Below are positions 9,423-18,723 of a stretch of DNA of 64,000 bases, piece by piece. Each line of letters starts with the position of its first letter. The first letter of the stretch is position 1. The stretch is from positions 3,099 through 67,098 of the forward strand of contig CALWRJ010000010.1 of NCBI GenBank assembly GCA_944383915.1, given 5' to 3'. Below the pieces are notes generated by a model. The model did no database searches. It was not told where the DNA came from and was given only the letters and a program-made list of their open reading frames with translations. Source of the DNA: an uncultured Clostridia bacterium. GTDB taxonomy: Bacteria; Bacillota; Clostridia; Christensenellales; UBA1242. A program made the position numbers and the translations under genes.

Positions 9423-11369
9423 TTAGTATGTTTCGAATTGGCTGTTGTAAAGTTCGGCATATGCACCACCTTTGGCAAGCAATTCATCATGTGTGCCTTT
9501 TTCTACAATATCACCATTTTTCATAACAAGAATAACATCGGCATTTTTAATAGTTGAAAGACGGTGCGCAATTATGAATGATGTGCGACCTTGGGTGAGC
9601 GCGTCCATTGCTTGTTGAATAATGATTTCAGTACGCGTATCAACCGAACTTGTTGCTTCATCAAGAATTAGCATAGGGCCATTTTGTACCATAGCACGCG
9701 CGATGGTGATAAGTTGTCTTTGACCTGCTGAAATAGTGGTATTCTCGTCAAGTTTAGTATTATATCCTTGGGGAAGTGTGCGGATAAAATGGTCGAGTCC
9801 GCACGCTTTTGCGGCGTTAATGACTTGCTCGTCAGTGACGCCTTGTTTGTCGTAAATGATGTTTTCTTTAATTGTACCATCAAATATCCAAGTGTCTTGT
9901 AGTACCATAGAAAATAATTCGTGAACATTTTGCCGAGTCATATTTTGTGTAGAAATTCCGTCTATTCTTATCTCGCCACTGTCTACATCGTAAAAGCGCA
10001 TTAGTAGGTTAACAAGAGTTGTTTTTCCTGCACCCGTAGGTCCTACAATAGCCACTTTTTGACCTGCTTTTATATCTATTGAAAAGTCTTTTATGATTAA
10101 TTTTTGGGGGTTATATTTCGCTATTGCCTTTTTAAAGTTGATAGGCGAGGCTTTAAGAGTTTGTTTTTCTTTTTGTTTTACTAATGGAGATTTTGGTAAA
10201 TTAAAGTTTTTAGCATCATAACCAAATTTTACATGGTCAAATACAACCGCACCTTTGATATCTTGAATATTTTCAGTCTTTTTGCTCTCATCAGTCATTT
10301 CTTTTTCATCTAAAAATTCAAATACGCGTTCGCTTGCTGCCGATGCAGATTGAAGGTTTGTAAAGGCTTGTGCCATTTGAGATAGGGGTTGAGTAAATAA
10401 CCTTACATAGATAATAAACGCAGCGATTACACCAAATTCTATATTGCCATTTAGTGCAAGTACTGCACCGACTACGCAGACTACTACATAGCCTAGATTT
10501 CCTATAAAGTTCATTAACGGCATCATAGTGCCAGAGAAAAATTGCGATTTCCAAGCGCTATTATATAGGCTTTTATTAATTTTATCAAATTTGGCTTTTG
10601 ACGCTTTTTCACCATTGTATGCTTTTACAACATTGTGCCCAGAATAAATTTCCTCAATGTGTCCGTTAATATCACCCATACTTTCTTGTTGAGCATTAAA
10701 GTGTTTTTGCGATTTAGACATAATGAGAGCCATTATAATAAAGCCTAACAAACTTGAAGCAATAGCGCAGAGCGCAAGTATCCAATTAGTTACAAACATC
10801 ATAATTAGCGAACCAAGGAAAAGCGCAATAGATGAAACAAGTGTTGAAATACTGTTGTTTAAAGTTTGGCTAATTAGGTCGACATCGTTAGTTACACGAC
10901 TTAATACATCACCATAACTATGTGAGTCGATATAACGAAGGGGTAGGCGGTTAATTTTGGTTGAAATATCATAACGCATACGCTTTGCCACTTTGTTTGT
11001 AACAGTTGTCATTATTTGTGATTGCACAATACTAAATATTGCGCCTAGTAAATAGATTATAATTAGAAATAGCCCTGTATCCCATACTAAATCAATATTT
11101 ACATCGCGAATAGGTTGCCCTGTGGCAAGGCCACTTATTGCAGCAGCCAATTCATTTACTATTTCCTCAATGTAACTAGGACCAATTACGGTTAAAACTG
11201 TTCCCGCAACAGCGAATACTAGCGCGATTAAAATAGACCACCAGTGGCGCTTGCAATAAACTGCCAATTTGCCGAGCGCTTTTTTGAAATCTTTTGGTTT
11301 ATCTCTTGCTTGCATCGGCCCATGACCGCGTCTAGCGTGAGTTGCTTGTGTTGCTGTCTTACTGCTCAT
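9423..11369 (-). CDS. ABC exporter, fused permease/ATPase subunit (second half of a heterodimeric multidrug-type pair)
   Basis: Start reassigned to ATG 11369 (MSSKTATQ), which has RBS GGAGGAGG at 11379-11386 and overlaps the upstream stop by 11 nt. Six-TM domain, Walker A GPTGAGKTT, signature ISAGQRQ, Walker B LILDEATS. Confidence 0.85.
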   Translation of the reverse strand: MSSKTATQATHARRGHGPMQARDKPKDFKKALGKLAVYCKRHWWSILIALVFAVAGTVLTVIGPSYIEEIVNELAAAISGLATGQPIRDVNIDLVWDTGLFLIIIYLLGAIFSIVQSQIMTTVTNKVAKRMRYDISTKINRLPLRYIDSHSYGDVLSRVTNDVDLISQTLNNSISTLVSSIALFLGSLIMMFVTNWILALCAIASSLLGFIIMALIMSKSQKHFNAQQESMGDINGHIEEIYSGHNVVKAYNGEKASKAKFDKINKSLYNSAWKSQFFSGTMMPLMNFIGNLGYVVVCVVGAVLALNGNIEFGVIAAFIIYVRLFTQPLSQMAQAFTNLQSASAASERVFEFLDEKEMTDESKKTENIQDIKGAVVFDHVKFGYDAKNFNLPKSPLVKQKEKQTLKASPINFKKAIAKYNPQKLIIKDFSIDIKAGQKVAIVGPTGAGKTTLVNLLMRFYDVDSGEIRIDGISTQNMTRQNVHELFSMVLQDTWIFDGTIKENIIYDKQGVTDEQVINAAKACGLDHFIRTLPQGYNTKLDENTTISAGQRQLITIARAMVQNGPMLILDEATSSVDTRTEIIIQQAMDALTQGRTSFIIAHRLSTIKNADVILVMKNGDIVEKGTHDELLAKGGAYAELYNSQFETY

Positions 11370-13158
11370 TTTTAAGTTCCTCCTCCGATAATTGTGAAAG
11401 CGCGATTTCCTTATAAATAGGGCAGTTTTTAAGTAATTCATCGTGCTTGCCGATACCAACCATTTTACCACTATCAAGTACAATAATTTTATCGGCATCT
11501 TTTATTGTGCCAATTCGTTGTGCAACAATTAAAACAGTTGCATCACTCGTGTATTTTTTGAGTTCAGAACGAAGCACTCTGTCCGTTTTGTAATCTAGCG
11601 CCGAGAACGAATCGTCAAAAATATAAATTTCAGGGTCGCGTGCGATTGCGCGGGCGATTGATAATCTCTGTTTTTGACCACCCGAAACATTTGCACCGCC
11701 TTGGTCAATTACTGCATCATATTTTTCAGGTTTATTTTCGACAAAATCACTTGCCTGCGCAACACGAACGGCATCGCGAATTTTATTATCATCTATAACT
11801 TCGCCATTTTTGTTGCCATATGCAATATTAGAACGCACTGTTCCACTAAATAAAACTGCGCGTTGTGGAACATAACCAAGTTTATTGTGTAGCGCTTCTT
11901 GGGTATAGTCTTTTATATTTATTCCGTCAATTTTTATTTCGCCTTCGGTAGCATCATAAAAGCGTGGGATAAGGTTTATTAATGTTGATTTACCGCTCCC
12001 TGTTGAACCGATAAACGCAACAGTTTCACCTTTTTTGGCTTTGAAACTGATATTTTCGAGTACATACTCTTCAGCATCTGGATATTTAAATGATACATTA
12101 TCAAATTCAACTTCGCCAACGATTTTGTTGTCATTTTGAGTAACTGAACCATCTAAAATGCTTGGTTTTGTTTTTAAAACTTCATTTATACGGCGTCCCG
12201 CGGCAAATGCACGAGGCATCATAATAAATACCATAACGATAAGCATAAATGACATTATTACTTGTATAGCATAACTGCTAAATTGATACATATCGGCAAT
12301 TACAGCGCCGCGAGCTACAACATCTGTTATAGGAATAGCATTAAAAATATATGCTGCTAAAATGTAAATTGCAAGTGCAACTCCACTCATTACAACACTT
12401 ATAATAGGAAATAGTACCGCCATCGTTCTATTTACGAATAAGTTTGTTTTGGTAAGGTTAGTGTTTGCTTTGTTAAATTTGTCTTGTTGGTAGTTTTCTG
12501 CATTATAAGCCCTAACTACACGAATACCACGCAAATTTTCGCGAGTAACCGAGTTTAAGTCATCTGTTTGTCGTTGAAGTTTTTTAAACTTAGGATAGGT
12601 AATAATAATAACTACAGAAAAAAGTAAGATTATCGCAACGACCGCAACCGCTGTTGCCGTTGTCCATTGCCAATTGCTATCAATAATTTTGCAAATTGCC
12701 CAAATTGCCATTACAGGTGCGCGAATAACTACGCTTAGTCCCATCGCAATTGTCATTTGAATTTGTGTAATATCGTTTGTAGAACGAGTTATAAGGCTTG
12801 GCGTGCTAAATTTGTTTATTTCACTCATACTGAAATTTTGCACTTGATTAAATACGCCTGCACGAAGTCTTGCAGCAAATCCAGCCGCTACACGAGCACC
12901 AAAATATCCTGTTGCGACCGCAAGCAAACCACTGCCTAGCGCGCAAGCAAGCATATATCCGCCATTTATCCAAATCTGAGTTAATAGGTCACTGTCAGTT
13001 AAGGACATTGCATATTCGTCTCCGCGAGTCGCAAGCGTAATAATTTTGCTTAAATATTCAGGAAGTTCTAGGTCGAGCCAAACTTGCGCAACCACCAAAA
13101 GTACACAAATTGCAATAGATAAATAGTCATACTTGTTTAAGTATCTAAAAATGTTCAT
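11359..13158 (-). CDS. ABC exporter, fused permease/ATPase subunit (first half of the pair)
   Basis: TM domain followed by Walker A GSTGSGKST, signature VSGGQKQR and Walker B IFDDSFSALD. Confidence 0.85.
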   Translation of the reverse strand: MNIFRYLNKYDYLSIAICVLLVVAQVWLDLELPEYLSKIITLATRGDEYAMSLTDSDLLTQIWINGGYMLACALGSGLLAVATGYFGARVAAGFAARLRAGVFNQVQNFSMSEINKFSTPSLITRSTNDITQIQMTIAMGLSVVIRAPVMAIWAICKIIDSNWQWTTATAVAVVAIILLFSVVIIITYPKFKKLQRQTDDLNSVTRENLRGIRVVRAYNAENYQQDKFNKANTNLTKTNLFVNRTMAVLFPIISVVMSGVALAIYILAAYIFNAIPITDVVARGAVIADMYQFSSYAIQVIMSFMLIVMVFIMMPRAFAAGRRINEVLKTKPSILDGSVTQNDNKIVGEVEFDNVSFKYPDAEEYVLENISFKAKKGETVAFIGSTGSGKSTLINLIPRFYDATEGEIKIDGINIKDYTQEALHNKLGYVPQRAVLFSGTVRSNIAYGNKNGEVIDDNKIRDAVRVAQASDFVENKPEKYDAVIDQGGANVSGGQKQRLSIARAIARDPEIYIFDDSFSALDYKTDRVLRSELKKYTSDATVLIVAQRIGTIKDADKIIVLDSGKMVGIGKHDELLKNCPIYKEIALSQLSEEELKNEQ

Positions 13159-13619
13159 TTAGTGTTGCCTTCTTCTTTTTCTTTATTAATTTTTGCTAAA
13201 TTTTCTGCTAGTTTTTGTAAAGTAGATGAAAAATTAGCAAGTTCATCAGGAGGAATTCCTGTGATAATTTGCTTTTCAAATGACTTAATATTTTCGTCAA
13301 TTTCGCGGTGCAGTAAGTGTGCTTTTTCAGTGAGTAAAATCTGTTTTAACCGAGCATCATAAAGAACGCTTTTCCGTTCTATCATACCGCTTTTTTCTAG
13401 CGCATTTAATAGGTTAGTTGCTGTCGAACGCCTAATACTAAATTGTTTTTCAATATCTCTTTGAAAAATAACCTTATCAGCATTTTCCCATAAAAAACAA
13501 ACCAGCATGCGTTGAGTGTGTGTTGATTTCCCTCCAGGGTAATTACGCGCTTTGTCAACGAATATTGCTCGATGCATCAGATTTATAAATTTGCGAATTT
13601 CTAAAAATATATCTGCCAT
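13155..13619 (-). CDS. MarR-family transcriptional regulator
   Basis: Winged-helix core QRDIEKQFSIRRSTATNLLNALEKSGMIERK. The stop overlaps the ABC gene start by 4 nt. Confidence 0.8.
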   Translation of the reverse strand: MADIFLEIRKFINLMHRAIFVDKARNYPGGKSTHTQRMLVCFLWENADKVIFQRDIEKQFSIRRSTATNLLNALEKSGMIERKSVLYDARLKQILLTEKAHLLHREIDENIKSFEKQIITGIPPDELANFSSTLQKLAENLAKINKEKEEGNTK

Positions 13620-13653
13620 ATTTTCACCTAACTTAATACATTTTAGAGATTTT

Positions 13654-13699
13654 TTGTTAGCGTACTAACAATTATATACAAAGAATATGCAAAATGCAA
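13654..13699 (-). promoter_or_regulatory. marR-ABC operon promoter with an abutting palindromic operator
   Basis: On the minus strand: TTGCAT (13699-13694), 17 nt spacer, TATAAT (13676-13671), then a perfect 7-4-7 palindrome TTGTTAG-TACG-CTAACAA (13671-13654). Confidence 0.6.
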
Positions 13700-13825
13700 G
13701 CCAAATGTGCTAATTTTTTTACTATTTTTTAAACTTTTTTAATAAATAAAAAAGAACGATTAAAAAATCATTCGTATTTGTGTTATAAGTGGCTTGTATT
13801 TTAATATATTACAAACAAAATTAGA

Positions 13826-14560
13826 TTATCGACTAAATTCTGGATGCTCAATTCTACGCATTATTGCAGACATAATAAGAGAGGATGCGAAACTAAAAAT
13901 ATTGCCATCAGCATAAATTAAATGGTCTAATAAGACAATATCATTTGATAGTAAAAATTTACATAGAGATGCGGTAAGATTTAAATCTTGAACTGATGGT
14001 AGGAAAGAGCCGTTTAAGTGATTGTGTGCGAGTACAACAAAACTTGCATTGTGATTTTGTGCTAAATGAAGCACTCTGTGTTTGTCTAATTCAACTTGGT
14101 CCGCGTTCCCATGATTTAGTACAACATTAAAAATTATTTGTTTTTGTCTATTTAAATAATATGCAACTACTTTTTCGTATTCTGCCTTTTCAAATTCGTT
14201 TTCTATCATACCTTTTATGTCAAAATAGTGAATAGTATCAATAGGCTTTGGTGCGCGAAATTCACCATTCTGTGCTCTTTTTAATAAACGCAAAAGCGTT
14301 ATAATTCTTTCCGAAGTTGTTTTACCTATGCCATAAAAGTTAATTAATTCGTTTGCAGTAGCATTTTCAATAATGTTACCTAAACTGCCATAGTGATGTA
14401 GTAAACTTTTCGCTATTTCATTTGTATCCGTGCGCCTAAAAGCAAATTGTAACACTGCCTCAAGTGCAATAGTATCATTTATCGGGGCATCGTCTTGCAT
14501 AACAGATTTACGGATTCTTGAAAAGTGTCCATAATGTAATTTGGGATTTTTATTCATCAT
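13826..14560 (-). CDS. radC: RadC-family JAB-domain protein
   Basis: N-terminal HhH region (HYGSLGNIIENATANELINFYGIGKTT). JAMM-like motif AHNHLNGSFLPSVQD. Confidence 0.75.
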   Translation of the reverse strand: MMNKNPKLHYGHFSRIRKSVMQDDAPINDTIALEAVLQFAFRRTDTNEIAKSLLHHYGSLGNIIENATANELINFYGIGKTTSERIITLLRLLKRAQNGEFRAPKPIDTIHYFDIKGMIENEFEKAEYEKVVAYYLNRQKQIIFNVVLNHGNADQVELDKHRVLHLAQNHNASFVVLAHNHLNGSFLPSVQDLNLTASLCKFLLSNDIVLLDHLIYADGNIFSFASSLIMSAIMRRIEHPEFSR

Positions 14561-15131
14561 TTTTCCTTGTCTTATTTAATAATTTTAAAATATCTTTGTG
14601 AACATACTTAAATGCAGAATTTTCACCGAATTTATCACAATTTTCATTATTATTTTCAGTTTTTAAATTTTTGTCTTTAAAAATATCTAGTTTCTTATTT
14701 TCGCTTTTGTCATTGATTAGCATATTGCCAAAAACTGTGTTTTGTACTTTTAAAGATAATTCGTTACTTATTTTCTTTCCTGTAAGTTTTGCAATATCAT
14801 GTAAAAACAAAGTCGAATCGGGCGTGTGATAGTTGTATTTACGATAGGCGAATTTAGATTCTAAATCATCATTATCGATAAATTGCACAAGGGTATCTAA
14901 AATATAATTTGCTCCGTCAACTAATTCTGGCAAGTCTAAATTTGCATAAACCTGCCTAAATGCAATTACAGCATCAAAAAAGTGATGGATATTATCTTTT
15001 GTTGGAATAGTGAGATTTAGCGGACCATGAAAATTTTGAATCAAATAGAATAGTATGCTTTCGTCAATATCGAGAGCATCATCTGGAAGTGCACTAGGCA
15101 TAGGATATTTTAAAAATAAGTCATTTTTCAT
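14550..15131 (-). CDS. Hypothetical protein
   Basis: 193 aa ORF overlapping the radC start by 11 nt (coupled). No motif recognised. Confidence 0.45.
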   Translation of the reverse strand: MKNDLFLKYPMPSALPDDALDIDESILFYLIQNFHGPLNLTIPTKDNIHHFFDAVIAFRQVYANLDLPELVDGANYILDTLVQFIDNDDLESKFAYRKYNYHTPDSTLFLHDIAKLTGKKISNELSLKVQNTVFGNMLINDKSENKKLDIFKDKNLKTENNNENCDKFGENSAFKYVHKDILKLLNKTRKNDE

Positions 15132-15234
15132 AATTAAAAATATATAAAATTTTTATCAAAAAATCAATTAATTTTTGATATAAAGAAATAAAAAAGGACT
15201 TTGAATACAAATTTTTTGTCCAAAGTCCTAAAAA

Positions 15235-15474
15235 TTATTGGTTGTTGTTAGATTTTTTCTTTTCCATAAAGTAGATTGCACCTTGCATACACGCAGCAAC
15301 AATCAACCAAATGGCAGACAATAATACAAGTACATAAATTATAATACTACCTGCATTGTATCCACCAAAAATCCAGTCGACCAAATTAAAGTTGAAAATG
15401 CCGACTAAACCCCAGTTGATACCACCAATCAAAAGTATAACAAAGGCTATCCAGTTAGGTATTACAAAACTCAT
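15235..15474 (-). CDS. DUF378-family small membrane protein
   Basis: Start moved to ATG 15474, which has RBS GGAGGTG at 15481-15487. Characteristic GGINWGLVG motif and two TM helices. Confidence 0.65.
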   Translation of the reverse strand: MSFVIPNWIAFVILLIGGINWGLVGIFNFNLVDWIFGGYNAGSIIIYVLVLLSAIWLIVAACMQGAIYFMEKKKSNNNQ

Positions 15475-15529
15475 CTTTTCACCTCCAAGCAATATTTTGT
15501 GCTAAAATATAAAAAATATTATTAATAAT

Positions 15530-15802
15530 TTAGGTATTTTTTGTAAAAGTTCCCTTTAAAATATCTTGTATTTTGCCTGAAATGTAAAGTGTATCTTTTG
15601 TCATATTTTTTATATCAAGATTTTCACCAAGAATTGTGTAAAAAGAGCCACTAATACTAAGTTCTATTTTTACGCTAGAACAAAAATTAATTAAAACACT
15701 ACCTTGTATATAAACGCCAAGTCCCGAATAATTTAGAATTAAATAGTTATTTTTTACCACTCCTGCCAATCCCAAATTTTCTAAAATTTCGTTAAGAAAC
15801 AT
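15530..15802 (-). CDS. yqfC: Sporulation protein, YqfC family (YabP-like fold)
   Basis: 90 aa with a YabP/YqfC-like pattern. It is divergent from a yqfD-like gene, as in Bacillus. Confidence 0.55.
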   Translation of the reverse strand: MFLNEILENLGLAGVVKNNYLILNYSGLGVYIQGSVLINFCSSVKIELSISGSFYTILGENLDIKNMTKDTLYISGKIQDILKGTFTKNT

Positions 15803-15870
15803 TCGCGCACCTCATAAAATATTCTATTTTTTATGAATTAGTAATATGATAAAAAGATAAGGGGTGAGAT

Positions 15871-16989
15871 TTGAAAAACTTTTTAAGTAATTTTCGAATA
15901 ATTGAAATAGAAATAAAAGGCGTTGGCTTTGGTTCGTTGTTAAATATGCTCGCACGCGAAAATGTGCATATAATCTCTACAAAAAGATTAGATAACACTA
16001 CTTTAAAAATAAAAATTTACGGCAAATATGCGCCTGTTACATTTGCAATACTTAAAAAAAGATGTTATAATTACATTATAACCAAAAATTTAAGCCTAGG
16101 TTATACGCAGTTTGGGGTAATAATTGGGTGTCTTTTAGCACTTATTATTTGGTGTGTTTTGGCTCAATTTTGTTTTGGTATAAAAGTAAATAGTGATGAT
16201 GAAAATCTAGTTGAGAAAATTAATTCTGTTTTAGCATCTCACAATTATTCAACTTTTCGTACTTTTGGCTCTCTCGACTTTAACGAAATAGAAAACACAC
16301 TCCGTAATGAAATTGACGATTTAGGGCTTGTTAATGTTTCTCGCCGTGGTGCTTATTTATGGATAAATTGTAATGCAGTGACTCCACCAATTGAAAATAA
16401 TACTATCGAAAACACAACAGGCGTATTTGCTACTACAAATGGTGTTGTTTCAAGGATTTTTGTTCATAGCGGTACAGCGCTTGTTAGGGAAGGAGATACG
16501 GTAAGTATGGGGCAAATGCTTATTGCTCCGTATTATCTCGATAACAATGATGAACCTGTTGCTTCGCTTGCTTCGGGAGAAGTTTATTTGTTTGTGTGGG
16601 ATTCGGCGACTGTTGAATTTCGCGAAATAGACCAAGCGCCAACGCGCACAGGAAGGACTGAAACAAGTACAAGGGTGTTGTTTAATGACGATGTTTTGTC
16701 TGATGACGCAAAAACTTGTTCTTTTGATAGTTACGAAGTCGAAACAAAAATTAAGTACTTGTCGCAAATTATTCCGGTAAAAATAGAATACACTACTTAT
16801 TATGAAACCGAACTTGTTACTGTAAATCGTGAGTATTCGGCAGAACGAGATGCGCTTATTTATGAGGCGCGAGAGCGTGCGTTGTCTATGGTTAACGAAA
16901 GCGAAATTTTAGATGAACGATATACCGAAAGTATGGCAGGGGACACTTATTATGTAACCTATTACCTAAAAAGAGAGATAAAAGTTTAA
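15871..16989 (+). CDS. yqfD: Sporulation protein, YqfD family (stage IV-like)
   Basis: TTG start with RBS GGGGTGA. Size, a single central TM helix, and position between yqfC and ybeY all fit. Confidence 0.55.
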   Translation: MKNFLSNFRIIEIEIKGVGFGSLLNMLARENVHIISTKRLDNTTLKIKIYGKYAPVTFAILKKRCYNYIITKNLSLGYTQFGVIIGCLLALIIWCVLAQFCFGIKVNSDDENLVEKINSVLASHNYSTFRTFGSLDFNEIENTLRNEIDDLGLVNVSRRGAYLWINCNAVTPPIENNTIENTTGVFATTNGVVSRIFVHSGTALVREGDTVSMGQMLIAPYYLDNNDEPVASLASGEVYLFVWDSATVEFREIDQAPTRTGRTETSTRVLFNDDVLSDDAKTCSFDSYEVETKIKYLSQIIPVKIEYTTYYETELVTVNREYSAERDALIYEARERALSMVNESEILDERYTESMAGDTYYVTYYLKREIKV

Positions 16990-16998
16990 AGGATTGTT

Positions 16999-17493
16999 AT
17001 GGAAGTAATTTTAACAAATAAAACGAAATACATTTTGCCTAATGCAAAAATTTTAAAAAAGATTGCAAAAAAAGTTTTAAAGCACGAAAACCAGCCTACA
17101 AAACATATTTCTGTTGGCGTATTTTATGTTGATGCGAACGAGATTCAAAAGATAAATAATGAGTATCGCAAAAAAGATAAGCCTACCGATGTAATTACTT
17201 TTCGTTTAGTTGATAACCCAGAGCATAAAAAAATTTGCAAGCAAAATTTTGCTTTTGATTACGATAAAAATATGGGTGGTATTTACATCGGCGAAATATT
17301 TATTTGTGTCGAAGTCGCAGATGAACAGGCTCACGAGTGGGGGCACACGCTAAACCGTGAAGTTGCTGAATTGTTTGTCCACGGAATGTTACATGTATTA
17401 GGGCATGACCACGAGGAAGAGCGAGAGCGCGAGATTATGCGAAATAGTGAGTTAGATTTAACTAATTTTTTGGATAAAATTATAAAGAAATAA
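16999..17493 (+). CDS. ybeY: rRNA maturation endoribonuclease YbeY
   Basis: Zinc motif HGMLHVLGHDH. Confidence 0.85.
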   Translation: MEVILTNKTKYILPNAKILKKIAKKVLKHENQPTKHISVGVFYVDANEIQKINNEYRKKDKPTDVITFRLVDNPEHKKICKQNFAFDYDKNMGGIYIGEIFICVEVADEQAHEWGHTLNREVAELFVHGMLHVLGHDHEEEREREIMRNSELDLTNFLDKIIKK

Positions 17494-17518
17494 AACTACG
17501 CGGGGGCGGGGAGTATCA

Positions 17519-17905
17519 ATGGAGCAAATTATTATAGATAAACTAATCGTTAAGGCAAAGGAAGCGGCAGAGCGCGCATATTGTCCTTGCAGTGAAACGC
17601 CTGTTGGAGCATGTGTGTTAACTCAAAGCGGAATGATTTTTACGGGATGTAATATTGAAAGTACTGCTCTCGCTGGGAGTCTTGGAGCAATGGAAGTGGC
17701 AATATGCAAGGCAATTAGCGAAGGCGGAACTTCTATTATGGCGGTTGCAAATTATTGCGAACGCGGTATTTCATATCCAACAGGAAATGAAAGACAGTTT
17801 TTGCGCGAATTTACGGAACGAGCAAATATAATTTGTGCAAGCAAAAATAAAATAGAGCAATTTAAGATTCAAGAATTGTTGCCTTTTTCGTTGCGCGATG
17901 ATTAA
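17519..17905 (+). CDS. Cytidine deaminase homologue with degenerate catalytic motifs
   Basis: Aligns by eye to homotetrameric Cdd (PVGACVLT, GCNIES, AICKAISEG). CAE is replaced by GAM/AME and PCGxCRQ by PTGNERQ. Its position after ybeY matches the Bacillus cdd position. Confidence 0.6.
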   Translation: MEQIIIDKLIVKAKEAAERAYCPCSETPVGACVLTQSGMIFTGCNIESTALAGSLGAMEVAICKAISEGGTSIMAVANYCERGISYPTGNERQFLREFTERANIICASKNKIEQFKIQELLPFSLRDD

Positions 17906-18206
17906 TTGTTTTAAATAAATTAATTTGAAAAGCGCACATTGACACTACTAGGCTTTTTTGATAAAATATATTTGTTTTAATATAGTAAATCTATTTTTTC
18001 AAAATTGGTTGATTTCAAAAAGATAAAATAGCCACTACTAATTTAAAGCGCTTTTCTATGTAAATCTTATTTATTATATTTTTGTTATTATGAGCAAATG
18101 AGATTAAATTAATTTTTTAAAAGAAAGACTTTAATTAATGATTTCAATTAATAAATTAAAAACTCTTTATATTTTATAAAAATTATAATTTTAAATAATT
18201 TTTTAT

Positions 18207-18289
18207 GCGGATGTGGCGGAATTGGCAGACGCGCTAGGTTCAGGTCTTAGTGGGAAACCATGGAGGTTCGAGTCCTCTCATCCGCACCA
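18207..18289 (+). tRNA. tRNA-Leu (anticodon CAG), long variable arm, CCA encoded
   Basis: Acceptor GCGGATG/CATCCGC, anticodon loop TTCAGGT, T arm GGAGG-TTCGAGT-CCTCT, 3' ACCA. Confidence 0.9.
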
Positions 18290-18394
18290 GTAAAATTTAA
18301 TATCCTAACGGACTCGAACCTACGGTTCGCACCGTTCGCTTTGCTCACTCTCACGCCCGCCAGCAAAGCGAGTTTGCTGTCCGCTTTGGCTAAA

Positions 18395-18419
18395 AACAGC
18401 ACGCCCGTGCTGTTTTCTT
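18395..18419 (+). terminator. Rho-independent terminator 106 nt downstream of tRNA-Leu
   Basis: AACAGCAC-GCCC-GTGCTGTT hairpin followed by TTCTT. Confidence 0.65.
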
Positions 18420-18466
18420 AACGCGTCGCGCCTCTCATCCGCACCAATTTACGCAACTTCGTTGCG

Positions 18467-18723
18467 AATTAGCAATTAGCAATTAGGAATTTGCAATTAT
18501 TGTGCGCGTGCGCGCAAGACTACTCGCTGACGCTCGAATTTTGAATTAGGAATTTTGAATTTTGAATTACGGAAGGTATTATTTAAATTAATATTTTATA
18601 TCCAGCCTTAACTGCTAATTGCTAATTGCTCATTGCTAATTCTCGCAAAGCGAGTAAGATTGCTACCTGCTAATTGCTAATTTACGCTTTGCGTGGTAGA
18701 TTCCTAATTCACAATTCCTAATT
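18467..18723. repeat. Five blocks of AATT-core heptad repeats (19 units): two blocks forward, three inverted
   Basis: Forward blocks: 18467-18501 is (AATTAGC)x2 AATTAGG AATTTGC AATTATT. 18536-18570 is GAATTTT GAATTAG GAATTTT GAATTTT GAATTAC. Inverted blocks: 18614-18641 is GCTAATT x2 GCTCATT GCTAATT. 18669-18682 is GCTAATT x2. 18703-18723 is CCTAATT CACAATT CCTAATT. Confidence 0.9.
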
